DNA of 32,000 nt from Halorhodospira halophila SL1 (GCF_000015585.1 NC_008789.1:2400001-2432000); one strand, 5' to 3'. Shown: positions 17,991 to 26,009, counted from the first letter of the stretch. The notes: a model not told the origin generated them from the letters alone. Numbers and translations: made by a program.

Positions 17991-18779
17991 ATGGCGTCCG
18001 GCGAAGCCTTCGACAGCGATTGGATCCTCCGCATGGGCGATGCCATCCCCGTGGGGGTGTTATGGCGTGCCCTGGAGGCCGACGGCGGCACGCCGGGGCC
18101 GGCCTGCACGGCAGCCTTCCAGAGCCTGCGCACCCAGCTCGACACCACGCAGGCCGCGCTGGAGGCGGTCGCCCCGGCGGCGGCCGGCAAGGAAGGGGGG
18201 ACGGCGGATCCAACCCCGGAGTGGCTGGCGCCGTGGCTCCAGACCATCGCCCGGCTGGGCCCCTGGCAGCACGGCCTCGAGCGCGCGCAGGGATTGCAGG
18301 CGGCCCTGGACCGGTACCTGCGCGCCTACGCCGAGTGTGCCCGGATCCTGATCGGTTCGGTGCGCGCCGGACTCGACGCCCTCGAGCACCGCCTGCAAGT
18401 GGCGGCGCAGACCCCGGAGCAGCCGCCGCCGGAGAGCTATCGAACGCTCTACGACTGGTGGCTGACCGAGAGCGAGGCCTGCTACGAGGAGACCCTGGCC
18501 TCGCAGCAGTGGGCCGCGGCCTTCGGGCGGCTGACCAATGCCACCACCGCCCTACTCAACCGCTATCAGGAGCAAGTCGACGCCGGGCTGCGCACCCTGG
18601 ACCTGCCCAACCGGGACGACTTCATCGACACCCAGCGGCGCCTGGTCGAACTCGAGCGCAGCCAGCGCCGCACGGCGCGCGGCGACGAGCTGACCGCGCT
18701 GCGCGAGGAGGTGGCCCGCCTGCGGGAGGAGGTGAACACCCTGCGTGCCGACCAGTCACCCGGATCGCGGGAGCGCTGA
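17991..18779 (+). CDS. phaE: Class III poly(R)-hydroxyalkanoate synthase subunit PhaE (short form)
   Basis: Inner part of ORF 17850..18779. GGGAG precedes ATG 17991. The C-terminal half, YRTLYDWWLTESEACYEETLASQQWAAAFGRLTNATTALLNRYQEQVDAGLRTLDLPNRDDF followed by a coiled coil, aligns by eye with Allochromatium PhaE. It is coupled to phaC (TGATG). Confidence 0.8.
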   Translation: MASGEAFDSDWILRMGDAIPVGVLWRALEADGGTPGPACTAAFQSLRTQLDTTQAALEAVAPAAAGKEGGTADPTPEWLAPWLQTIARLGPWQHGLERAQGLQAALDRYLRAYAECARILIGSVRAGLDALEHRLQVAAQTPEQPPPESYRTLYDWWLTESEACYEETLASQQWAAAFGRLTNATTALLNRYQEQVDAGLRTLDLPNRDDFIDTQRRLVELERSQRRTARGDELTALREEVARLREEVNTLRADQSPGSRER

Positions 18780-19819
18780 TGGCAGAGAGGCCGTCCGGCA
18801 ACGGACTGACCGACTGGCAGCGCCGGCTGATCGAGACGCTGGACCAGGCGGCAGCACTGCCCGTGGACACCCGCGGCGCCACCCCGTTCACCCACCACGC
18901 CGAGGTGGGGCCGGGCATGCACCTGCGCCGCTACAGCCCGACCCACGGCGCCCGACAACGCCCGGTACTGATCGTCTACTCGCTGGTCAACCGCCCGTTC
19001 ATCCTCGATCTGACCGAGCGCCGCTCACTGATCGCCGCCCTGACCCGGGCCGGCCACCCGGTCTACCTCCTCGACTGGGGGTACCCGAAGGGCGCCGATC
19101 GCTTCCTCGGCCTGGCGGATTACATCGAGGGCTTTCTCGCGGCAGCGGCCGACGAGGTCGCCGCCAGCGAGGGGACCACACCGGACCTGCTCGGTGTCTG
19201 CCAGGGGGGGGTCTTCGCGCTGTGCCTGGCCGCCCTGCAGCCGCAACGGGTCCACCGGCTGGTGAACCTGGTAACCCCGGTGGACTTCCACACCCCCGGC
19301 GACAACCTCAGTCGCATGGCGCGGGAGGTCGACTTCGACCAGGCGGCGCGGTCCCTCGGCAACATCTCGGCGGAGTGGCTCAACGGCGTCTTTGTCGCCC
19401 TGAAACCCTACCGACTCCTGGCCCAGCGCTACATGGACCTGCCCGAGCTGGCCGACCACCCGGAGGCCCTCCACGACTTCCTGCGCCTAGAGCGCTGGAT
19501 GTACGACAGCCCGGACCAGGCAGCCACCGCGTTTGCTGAATTCGGCCGCGAATGCTACCAGCGCAACGGACTGATCCAGGGCACACTGCAGCTCGACGGC
19601 CAGCCCGTGCGACTGGCCAACATCGAGCACCCGATCCTGAACGTCTACGCCGAACAGGACCACCTGGTCCCCGCCGACGCCGCCCGCGCCCTGGGCACAC
19701 ACGTGGGTTCAGGGGATTATGGCGAGCTGACCTTCCCCGGGGGGCACCTGGGCGTATTCATCAGCCGCCGTGCCCACGCGGAACTCCTGCCGCGCATCGT
19801 GGCCTGGCTGGCGGAATGA
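18779..19819 (+). CDS. phaC: Class III poly(R)-hydroxyalkanoate synthase catalytic subunit PhaC
   Basis: Inner part of ORF 18020..19819. ATG 18779 overlaps the phaE stop. The product has PVLIVYSLVNRPFILDL, YLLDWGYP, the lipase-box Cys in LLGVCQGG, VTPVDFHTP, and EQDHLVP ... FPGGHLG. It is about 346 aa, typical of class III PhaC. Confidence 0.93.
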   Translation: MAERPSGNGLTDWQRRLIETLDQAAALPVDTRGATPFTHHAEVGPGMHLRRYSPTHGARQRPVLIVYSLVNRPFILDLTERRSLIAALTRAGHPVYLLDWGYPKGADRFLGLADYIEGFLAAAADEVAASEGTTPDLLGVCQGGVFALCLAALQPQRVHRLVNLVTPVDFHTPGDNLSRMAREVDFDQAARSLGNISAEWLNGVFVALKPYRLLAQRYMDLPELADHPEALHDFLRLERWMYDSPDQAATAFAEFGRECYQRNGLIQGTLQLDGQPVRLANIEHPILNVYAEQDHLVPADAARALGTHVGSGDYGELTFPGGHLGVFISRRAHAELLPRIVAWLAE

Positions 19820-19849
19820 CCCAGATTGGTGCAGCGCCACATCGAGAAA

Positions 19850-19870
19850 GCTTGCAGCGGCCGCTCAAGC
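19850..19870 (+). terminator. Possible stem-loop downstream of phaC
   Basis: The sequence gcttgcagcgg/ccgctcaagc forms an imperfect hairpin of about 10 bp around a gcggccgc core, 30 nt after the phaC stop, with only a weak T-rich trail. Confidence 0.3.
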
Positions 19871-19922
19871 TCACCACAATCTTTGCTCCATTCGGGCGCA
19901 CGGCTGGACCGGGGCCGCGCCC

Positions 19923-19948
19923 AAAAAAAACCCCCTCAGAGAGGGGGC
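19923..19948 (-). terminator. Strong Rho-independent terminator, minus-strand orientation
   Basis: On the minus strand it reads gCCCCCTCtctGAGGGGG followed by TTTTTTTT. The stem is 19931-19937 with 19941-19947, and the 8 A residues at 19923-19930 on the plus strand supply the T-run. Confidence 0.85.
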
Positions 19949-20096
19949 AAGGAGTTGGCGACAACTGTCTCCAGGAAGGAGACGCCGCCAGGAGGAGACC
20001 GGCTAACAAAATCCTAGCTCCGTCAGGAGCCTTCCGCCGCAGACCCACCTAGATCTCTGCCCCACGCAGGGAGGGTGGGCTGCGGCATTGTTGCTA
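19923..20096 (-). ncRNA. Candidate stand-alone small RNA (about 175 nt) in the phaC-phaB intergenic region
   Basis: It is bracketed by the promoter at 20103-20131 and the terminator at 19923-19948. No credible ORF is present. The predicted structure is stem ccgcagcccacc/ggtgggtctgcgg, hairpin gctcc-tgac-ggagc, then stem UGGCGGC/GUCGCCA enclosing GUCUCC-UUCCU-GGAGAC. The CU-rich segments UCUCCUCC, UUCCU and ACUCCUU are left unpaired. Confidence 0.55.
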
Positions 20097-20102
20097 CGCA
20101 AC

Positions 20103-20131
20103 ATGATAGCGCCGTCACATTGACCTGTCAA
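20103..20131 (-). promoter_or_regulatory. Near-consensus sigma70 promoter (minus strand) for the candidate sRNA
   Basis: On the minus strand: TTGACA (20131-20126), a 17-nt spacer, then TATCAT (20108-20103). Confidence 0.6.
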
Positions 20132-20134
20132 ATA

Positions 20135-20170
20135 CGGGTCCGCCCGGCATCGATGCAACGGGCGGACCCG
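20135..20170 (-). terminator. Stem-loop immediately downstream of phaB
   Basis: A perfect 11-bp stem, cgggtccgccc (20135-20145) with gggcggacccg (20160-20170), and a 14-nt loop containing the palindrome gcatcgatgc. It lies 6 nt after the phaB stop and is followed on the minus strand by TATTT only. Confidence 0.5.
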
Positions 20171-20176
20171 GGCAGC

Positions 20177-20923
20177 TCAGAAGCTGCAGAACTGGCCACC
20201 GTTGACCGGCACATTGGCACCGGTAATGTAGCCCGACTCATCCGCCGCCAGGAAAGCGATCACCCGGGCGATCTCCCCGGGCTCGGCCATACGGCCGGCC
20301 GGGATCTGTGAGACGATCTGCTCACGCACATTATCGGGGATCGCCGCCGTCATGCTCGTCGCCACATACCCCGGCGAGACGGTGTTCACCGACACACCCT
20401 TGCGCGCGTTCTCCTTGGCCAGGGCCATCGTGAAGCCGTGCATCCCCGCCTTCGCCGCTGAGTAGTTGGCCTGACCGAACTGCCCGGTCTGGCCATTCAC
20501 CGAAGAGACATTGACGATGCGGCCAAAACCACGGTCCCGCATGCCGTTCAGGAACTGACGGGTGACGTTGAACACGCTGTCCAGATTGATGTCGACCACA
20601 TCCTGCCAGTCCTTGTGGTCCATCTTGTGGCAGAAGGCGTCGCGGGTGATGCCGGCGAGGTTGATCAGCACCTCGACCTCACCGTACGACGCCGCCATCT
20701 GCTCAGCCATGCGCTGGCAGGACGCGTAGTCCGCCACATTGCACTCGACGTAGCCGACCTCGAAGCCCTCCTCGCGCAGCTGCGCCTGCCACTCGTCCAC
20801 GCGCTCCGCCTTGGCGTCCACGCAGGTAGTGACCACGCGATACCCCTGCGCGGCGAGTTCGCGACAGACAGCGGTCCCAATGCCACCGTTGCCTCCGGTT
20901 ACCAGGGCCAAACGACCTGCCAT
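20177..20923 (-). CDS. phaB: Acetoacetyl-CoA reductase (SDR family)
   Basis: Inner part of ORF 20177..21004. ATG 20923 has GAGGAA upstream. The product has MAGRLALVTGGNGGIGTA (TGxxxGIG), NLAGITRD, and the catalytic YSAAKAG. It is about 248 aa and sits in a PHA gene context. Confidence 0.9.
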   Translation of the reverse strand: MAGRLALVTGGNGGIGTAVCRELAAQGYRVVTTCVDAKAERVDEWQAQLREEGFEVGYVECNVADYASCQRMAEQMAASYGEVEVLINLAGITRDAFCHKMDHKDWQDVVDINLDSVFNVTRQFLNGMRDRGFGRIVNVSSVNGQTGQFGQANYSAAKAGMHGFTMALAKENARKGVSVNTVSPGYVATSMTAAIPDNVREQIVSQIPAGRMAEPGEIARVIAFLAADESGYITGANVPVNGGQFCSF

Positions 20924-21004
20924 AACGGTATTCCTCGCTCTTTTGCACTCGACTTGCACCCGTGGGCGCTCGGCCCCCGGCCGCGGCGCACCACTTTTGT
21001 GCAT

Positions 21005-21020
21005 CGCAGCATCTGCTGCG
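21005..21020. promoter_or_regulatory. 16-bp palindrome CGCAGCA-tc-TGCTGCG at the phaB promoter (candidate PhaR operator)
   Basis: Perfect 7-bp arms. It lies just downstream of the putative phaB -10 element. TGC/GCAG-rich sequence is the type reported for PhaR operators in other proteobacteria. Confidence 0.35.
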
Positions 21021-21027
21021 CCTACGA

Positions 21028-21056
21028 AGCTTATGGTGCAGCGCAGCGAGTGTCAA
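21028..21056 (-). promoter_or_regulatory. Putative sigma70 promoter of phaB
   Basis: On the minus strand: TTGACA (21056-21051), a 17-nt spacer, then TAAGCT (21033-21028). The -10 element is weak. Confidence 0.4.
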
Positions 21057-21236
21057 CGCGCATTGCCGCCGGCGGGGCACCGCCGGGCAGGACAGGAGGC
21101 GAGGAACAGCAGGGTGGGCAGAGGGTTATGCGGCCCCGCGGAAACACCGTCCCGGGGTGGGCACGGGCGCGCGGGGGCGAAGCCACAACGGGACCGGGCG
21201 GGGCGTCGAAGGTGGAGGAGCGGGCGGGGCCGCCGA

Positions 21237-21767
21237 TCAGCCCTGAGGGCCTTCGCTGTCCTCGTCGCGGCGATGGCGCCCCGGGCCCCGGCTGGAGGCG
21301 GGCGGGTCTTCAAACCCGCTGTTTTCTTCGTCGCGGGTGCCGTCCAGCCCGCTCATCTGCCGCCACAGGGCCAGGTTGCGCTCAGCGAACTGGGTCATGA
21401 TATTCATGGGGTTGTGGTCCATGAACTCCCGGGTGCGCTGCTGGAAGACGCGCTGCTGATCCGCCCAGAGCTCCAGGCTCTTCTCCAGGTAACTGGTGAG
21501 CATGTTCTGCATGTTGCCGCCGTAGGCCCGGATGAGCTGGGCCAGCAGCTGGCTGGAGAAGATCGGCTCGCCCTCCTCCTCCTCCTCGCTGATGATCTGG
21601 AGCAGGATGCTGCGGGTGATGTCCTCGCGGGTCTTGGCATCGACCACCTGGAAGTCGACGCTCTCCAGCACCAGTCGCTTGACGTCGGCCAGCGTGATGT
21701 AGCTCGAGATCGCCGTATCGTACAGACGGCGATTGGGATACTTCTTGATGATGCGGGTATCTGACAT
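21237..21767 (-). CDS. phaR: Polyhydroxyalkanoate synthesis repressor PhaR
   Basis: 176 aa. MSDTRIIKKYPNRRLYDTAISSYITLADVKRLV ... DITRSILLQIISEEE is the conserved PhaR N-terminal DNA-binding signature. GGAGG lies 5 nt upstream of ATG 21767. Confidence 0.93.
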   Translation of the reverse strand: MSDTRIIKKYPNRRLYDTAISSYITLADVKRLVLESVDFQVVDAKTREDITRSILLQIISEEEEEGEPIFSSQLLAQLIRAYGGNMQNMLTSYLEKSLELWADQQRVFQQRTREFMDHNPMNIMTQFAERNLALWRQMSGLDGTRDEENSGFEDPPASSRGPGRHRRDEDSEGPQG

Positions 21768-21790
21768 TCAGAGCCTCCGGCGCGGGCACC

Positions 21791-21822
21791 CGAACCGTAT
21801 GCTGCGGTGCGTGGAGTGTCAA
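21791..21822 (-). promoter_or_regulatory. Putative sigma70 promoter of phaR
   Basis: On the minus strand: TTGACA (21822-21817), a spacer of about 17 nt containing GCACCGCAGC, then TACGGT. The hairpin-capable inverted repeat gctacc-N5-ggtagc (21830-21846) lies just upstream. Confidence 0.35.
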
Positions 21823-21905
21823 GCGAGTTGCTACCATGGGGGTAGCTTTCACGCGGCGCCGGCCACCCCCGGGCTGGCCCCACCCAACCCCGACCGAGGT
21901 TATTC

Positions 21906-22751
21906 ATGGGCAACGCCGAACGGGTGGCCACGCTGGAGCGGCTGGGTGACGCGAACACCCTACCCGCCCTGCCTTATGTCGCTCACGACATCCTGGTGGC
22001 CACCAGCCACAACGAGGTCAACATCAGCGACGTCGCCGAAACTCTGGCCCGCGAACCGGGCCTGGCGGCGCGCATCGTTGCCATCGCCAACTACGCCTTC
22101 TTCTCCCGCCGCGAGACGGTCTACTCCCTCGAGCAGGCGATCATGCGCATCGGGCTCAACCGCGTGCGTGTACTTGCCACCTCGCTGCTGCTCAACGACA
22201 TCTTCCAGACGGGCCAGTGCCCCCACTTCCAGCTCCAGCGGTACTGGCACGAGGCCCTAGGGACCGCCTTCTGCGCCGCTCGTCTGGCCCCCCACTCCGC
22301 CCCGCGGGAGAACCGCGACGCCGCGTACCTGGGTGGCGTGCTGCACAGCATCGGTCTGCTGCTGCTGGTGCATGTCTTCCCGCAGACCATGGACGAGGTG
22401 CTCGCCGAACATGAGGCGGACCCGGAGCGCTCGCTGGCCGGCATGACCCATCGCGCCCTGGGCTGCGACTACGGCGAGGCCGGGGCTCTGCTACTGCGCG
22501 AGTGGTCGATCCCCGAGGCCATCGTCGTCGCTGCGGGGCACACCCACCGCGAACGCTATCAAGGCGCCCACGCCGATCTGGTGACCACCATCCGGTTCGC
22601 CAACGAGTGGCTGCAGCGGGGTTTCGACCCGGAGCAGTGCGCCGACGCCCCGCCCATCCCGCAGGGCAAGCTCGAACGCATCGGCAACGCGTGCCGTGAG
22701 GAGTACGAGGCCCTGGCGGCGTTCGCACAACTGCTCAGCGGCGAGGCCTGA
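21906..22751 (+). CDS. HDOD domain-containing signalling protein
   Basis: 281 aa. LPALPYVAHDILVATSHNEVNISDVAETLAREPGLAARIVAIANYAFF ... SLEQAIMRIGLNRVRVLA is the HDOD pattern, and H/D-containing blocks follow. GAGG lies 6 nt before the ATG. Confidence 0.8.
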   Translation: MGNAERVATLERLGDANTLPALPYVAHDILVATSHNEVNISDVAETLAREPGLAARIVAIANYAFFSRRETVYSLEQAIMRIGLNRVRVLATSLLLNDIFQTGQCPHFQLQRYWHEALGTAFCAARLAPHSAPRENRDAAYLGGVLHSIGLLLLVHVFPQTMDEVLAEHEADPERSLAGMTHRALGCDYGEAGALLLREWSIPEAIVVAAGHTHRERYQGAHADLVTTIRFANEWLQRGFDPEQCADAPPIPQGKLERIGNACREEYEALAAFAQLLSGEA

Positions 22752-24120
22752 CCCCTGCCGCGGCCTGGCCGCCCTCGGCCAGCGACAGAAAACCAGCGGC
22801 CTTGTCTTCCGTCTCCTGGAGCTCGGCGGCAGCGGTGGAGTCCGCCACCACCCCGCCACCGGCCCAGTAGGTCATACTGCCGTCGCTGCACGTCGCGGTG
22901 CGAATGGCAATGCTGGTGTCCATGCGGCCATCCAGCCCCAGGTAACCGATGGCCCCACAGTAGACCCCGCGCGGTCCCGGCTCGAGCTCGGTGATGATCT
23001 CCATGGCACGGCGCTTCGGCGCCCCGGTGATGGAGCCACCGGGCAGGCAATCGCGCAGCAGATCGGTGGCGCGCCGCCCCGGGGCCAGGCGCCCGGTGAC
23101 AGTACTGACCAAGTGGTGCACGCTGGCAAAGCGCTCGGCGCGGCAGAGCGACGGCACCCGCACGCTGCCCACCTCGCACCCCTTGCCCAGGTCGTTGCGC
23201 AGCAGATCGACGATCATCACGTTCTCGGCCCGATCCTTGGCGCTGCCCAGCAGGTCCCGGCGGGCCGCCTCATCCTCGGCGGGATCGGTGAACCGCGGCC
23301 GGGTGCCCTTGATCGGCTCGGTGGTCACCCGCCCGTCGCCGTCGATGTGCAAGAAGCGCTCCGGCGAGAGGCTGAGCACATCGCCCCCGGGGAAGCGGAG
23401 CCACGCCGCAAAGGGCGCCGACGAGGCTGCGCGCAGGGCGAGGTACGCCGCCTGGGGATCCCCGCAGCAGGGCACCGAGAAGCGCCGGGCCAGATTGACC
23501 TGGTAGCAGTCACCGGCGTGCAGATACCCCTGCACCCGACGGAAAGCGGCCGCGTACCCATCGGCGTCCGGTTCACGGAGGACCGGACCTGCGGTCGACC
23601 ACGGCTGCGGTCTCGCCCCCGTCTCCCGGCGGCAGGCCACGTCCGCCAGCCAGGCCTCATCCAGGCGTCGCCCCACCGCAGTGCTGCATTCGTGGCGATG
23701 GTCGGTGATTACCGCGTGCTCGTAGATCCCCACGGCCATCTCGGGCAACGCGGGATCGGCACCCGGAACCCCCATCAGGCGGCGCCCCAGGTCGTAGCCG
23801 AAATACCCCACCGCGCCGCCGGTGAACGGCCACCGAGGGTCAACGGGGAGCGGGCCGAGGGCATCGAGCTCAGCAGCCAGGTGGGCCAGCGGATCGCCGT
23901 GCCGGCGCTCGACCCGCTCGCCGCGCCGGATGGTGGTCTGCCCGCCGGCTGCGATCAGCGTGACCGTCGGCCGGGCGACGAGGATGTCGTAACGCGCCCC
24001 GGCACAGCCGCCGTGGCCCGAGTCGAGCCACGCTGACCACGGTTCGCCCCCCAGGACGCGCATCGCCGTTGCCCCGTCACCGATGTACGGCAGGGATCGA
24101 GATTGCAGGGGTAAGGACAC
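22735..24120 (-). CDS. pabB: Aminodeoxychorismate synthase component I (chorismate-binding enzyme family)
   Basis: Inner part of ORF 22735..24588. The product has GGAVGYFGYDLGRR, GDCYQVNLARRF, SPERFL, PIKGTRPR, AKDRAENVMIVDLLRND, GGSITGAPKRRAMEII, and CGAIGY. The start is either GTG 24120 (GGAG 9 nt upstream), giving an N-terminal length comparable to E. coli PabB, or ATG 24063. The longer ORF-track start would run into fadD. Confidence 0.78.
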   Translation of the reverse strand: MSLPLQSRSLPYIGDGATAMRVLGGEPWSAWLDSGHGGCAGARYDILVARPTVTLIAAGGQTTIRRGERVERRHGDPLAHLAAELDALGPLPVDPRWPFTGGAVGYFGYDLGRRLMGVPGADPALPEMAVGIYEHAVITDHRHECSTAVGRRLDEAWLADVACRRETGARPQPWSTAGPVLREPDADGYAAAFRRVQGYLHAGDCYQVNLARRFSVPCCGDPQAAYLALRAASSAPFAAWLRFPGGDVLSLSPERFLHIDGDGRVTTEPIKGTRPRFTDPAEDEAARRDLLGSAKDRAENVMIVDLLRNDLGKGCEVGSVRVPSLCRAERFASVHHLVSTVTGRLAPGRRATDLLRDCLPGGSITGAPKRRAMEIITELEPGPRGVYCGAIGYLGLDGRMDTSIAIRTATCSDGSMTYWAGGGVVADSTAAAELQETEDKAAGFLSLAEGGQAAAGVRPRR

Positions 24121-24195
24121 GTAATGGTGCTCCGGACAGCTCAGATCGTTTAACCTCGCAACGATAAAAAAACCTACGGTCGACGGAGGAGAATC

Positions 24196-25929
24196 ATGAC
24201 CGACCAAGGCCATGCGGCATTCTACGATGCCCGTCCCTGGGAGCGCTGCTACGGTACCCCCCCCGACCAAGAGCCGATGCTGCAGGAACTGGGCACCGTG
24301 GCGGACATCGCCCGTCGGCGGGCCGAGCAGAGCCCGCACCTGCCGGCGTACACCGCCTGCCTGGAGAATGGCCTGAACGCCACCCTGGATTTTGCCACCG
24401 TCGACCGCCTGGCTGACTGCTTCGCCGCCTGGCTGATGACCGAGGCCGGGATCCGCCCCGGCGACCGGGTGGCGGTGCAGATGCCCAACGCCCTGCCCTA
24501 CCCGGTCGCCGTCTTTGGCACGCTGCGTGCCGGCGCGGTCCTGGTGAACATCAACCCCCTCTTCACCCCGCGGGAGATGCAGCACCAACTGCAGGACAGT
24601 GGCGCGCGCGTCCTGGTCATCGTCGACCTGTTTGCCGACAAGCTCCCCGGCGCGCTAACCGGGACCGCCGTCGAGGAGGTGGTCCTGAGCGGGGTTGCCG
24701 ACCTCTTCCCCTGGCTTAAGCGCGGCCTTGTTCACGGCGTCCTGCGCGCCAAGCGGGAGATCCCGGCCTCGCCGCAGGGCACGCGCCGGCTCGGAGCGGT
24801 GCTGGCCCGCGGCGAGCGGCTGGGCCCGCAGCCTTGGCCCGAGCGCAGTCCCGACGACCTGGCCCTGCTGCAGTACACCGGCGGCACCACCGGACTGCCC
24901 AAGGGGGCCGAGTTGCGCAACCGCAACATCCTCGCCAACCTCGAGCAGATCAAGCGGGTGGCCGGCGACGCCATCCGCCCGGGCGAGGACGTGGTGCTGA
25001 CCGCGCTCCCGCTCTACCACATCTTCGCCTTCACCTTTAACTTACTCACCTTCCACCACTACGGCTGCCGGAATATCCTGTGCCCCTCACCGCGCCCGGT
25101 GGACAAGCTCCGCAAGGCCTTCGAACAGTTCCCGGTGAGCAAGTTCTCGGCGGTCAATCTGCTCTTCTACGGCCTCCTGCAGGCGGAGTGGTTCCAGAAG
25201 AACCCGCCGCAGCACCTGGACTTCGCCATCGCCGGCGGCACCGCCCTGCACCGCAGCACCGCCGAACAGTGGCAGTCGCTGCTCGGCCACACGCCCCTCG
25301 AGGGGTACGGCCTCACCGAGACCAGCCCGGTCCTGGCGGTGAACCCGCCCCACGGCGAGAACCGCCTCGGCAGCGTTGGCGTTCCGCTCCCCGGGACGGA
25401 TGTGCGCATCGTCGACGATGACGACAGGCCCGTCCCCCAAGGTCAGACCGGCGAGATCGTCGGCCGCGGCCCCCAGGTCTTCGAGGGCTACTGGCAGCGC
25501 CCCGAGGAGAATCGCCAGACGCTGCGCGGCGGCTGGTTCCACACCGGCGACATCGGCTACATGGACCCCGATGGCTACATCTACATCGTCGACCGCAAGA
25601 AGGACATGATCGACGTCTCCGGCTTCAACGTGTACCCCAACGAGGTCGAAGAGGCGCTGGCCGAGCACCCGGCCGTGGCCGAGGTCGCCGTGGTGGGCGC
25701 ACCGCGCGGAGAGGCCGGGCAGGCGGTGATCGCCTTCGTGGTCACCCCCGAACAGCAGGAACTCGCCGAGTCGGAGCTGCTCGACTTCGCCCGACAGCAG
25801 TTGACCCATTACAAGGTCCCCCGCCGGGTGGTATTCCGCGACGCGTTGCCCAAATCGGCGGTGGGCAAGCTGCTGCGACGGGATCTGCGCGAGGAGGCTC
25901 GGGCCATCGTCGAGGCGAGCGGGGCGTAA
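24196..25929 (+). CDS. fadD: Long-chain-fatty-acid--CoA ligase (AMP-dependent synthetase/ligase)
   Basis: 577 aa. AMP-binding motif LQYTGGTTGLPKGAEL, then GYGLTETSP, TGDIGYMDPDGYIYIVDRKKD, and C-terminal PKSAVGKLLRR. GGAGGAG lies upstream of the ATG. Confidence 0.88.
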   Translation: MTDQGHAAFYDARPWERCYGTPPDQEPMLQELGTVADIARRRAEQSPHLPAYTACLENGLNATLDFATVDRLADCFAAWLMTEAGIRPGDRVAVQMPNALPYPVAVFGTLRAGAVLVNINPLFTPREMQHQLQDSGARVLVIVDLFADKLPGALTGTAVEEVVLSGVADLFPWLKRGLVHGVLRAKREIPASPQGTRRLGAVLARGERLGPQPWPERSPDDLALLQYTGGTTGLPKGAELRNRNILANLEQIKRVAGDAIRPGEDVVLTALPLYHIFAFTFNLLTFHHYGCRNILCPSPRPVDKLRKAFEQFPVSKFSAVNLLFYGLLQAEWFQKNPPQHLDFAIAGGTALHRSTAEQWQSLLGHTPLEGYGLTETSPVLAVNPPHGENRLGSVGVPLPGTDVRIVDDDDRPVPQGQTGEIVGRGPQVFEGYWQRPEENRQTLRGGWFHTGDIGYMDPDGYIYIVDRKKDMIDVSGFNVYPNEVEEALAEHPAVAEVAVVGAPRGEAGQAVIAFVVTPEQQELAESELLDFARQQLTHYKVPRRVVFRDALPKSAVGKLLRRDLREEARAIVEASGA

Positions 25930-26009
25930 CCGGCGTATCGGGACAGACCAGGCGGGCGTGGTATCCTGACGCGATCGTTCTCCCCGACGAGCAAGCCTGT
26001 AGAGGATCC

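Noticed and set aside
16670-18247. 525-aa minus-strand ORF antisense to bepA and phaE
   Set aside because: It spans two real genes and their spacer and has low-complexity composition, so it is a shadow ORF.
19949-20010. Very strong SD-like strings on the plus strand (AGGAAGGAGA, AGGAGGAGA)
   Set aside because: No start codon follows within a usable distance. They are better explained as the complements of the CU-rich motifs of the minus-strand sRNA candidate.
19552-20052. ORFs in the phaC-phaB spacer: 166 aa and 63 aa on the plus strand, 95 aa on the minus strand, and a 21-codon ATG frame inside the sRNA candidate
   Set aside because: None has an SD. Their composition is Arg/Pro/Gly-rich junk. 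The longer ones read through a strong terminator hairpin or overlap the phaC 3' end. A phasin would be Ala/Lys/Glu-rich and helical, and none of these is.
22696-24036. 446-aa plus-strand ORF antisense to pabB
   Set aside because: It is a shadow frame, and the chorismate-binding motifs lie only on the minus strand.
24121-24588. Upstream extension of the pabB ORF to 24588
   Set aside because: It would run through the pabB-fadD divergent promoter region and into the fadD coding sequence. Homology to PabB starts near the GTG 24120 / ATG 24063 region.
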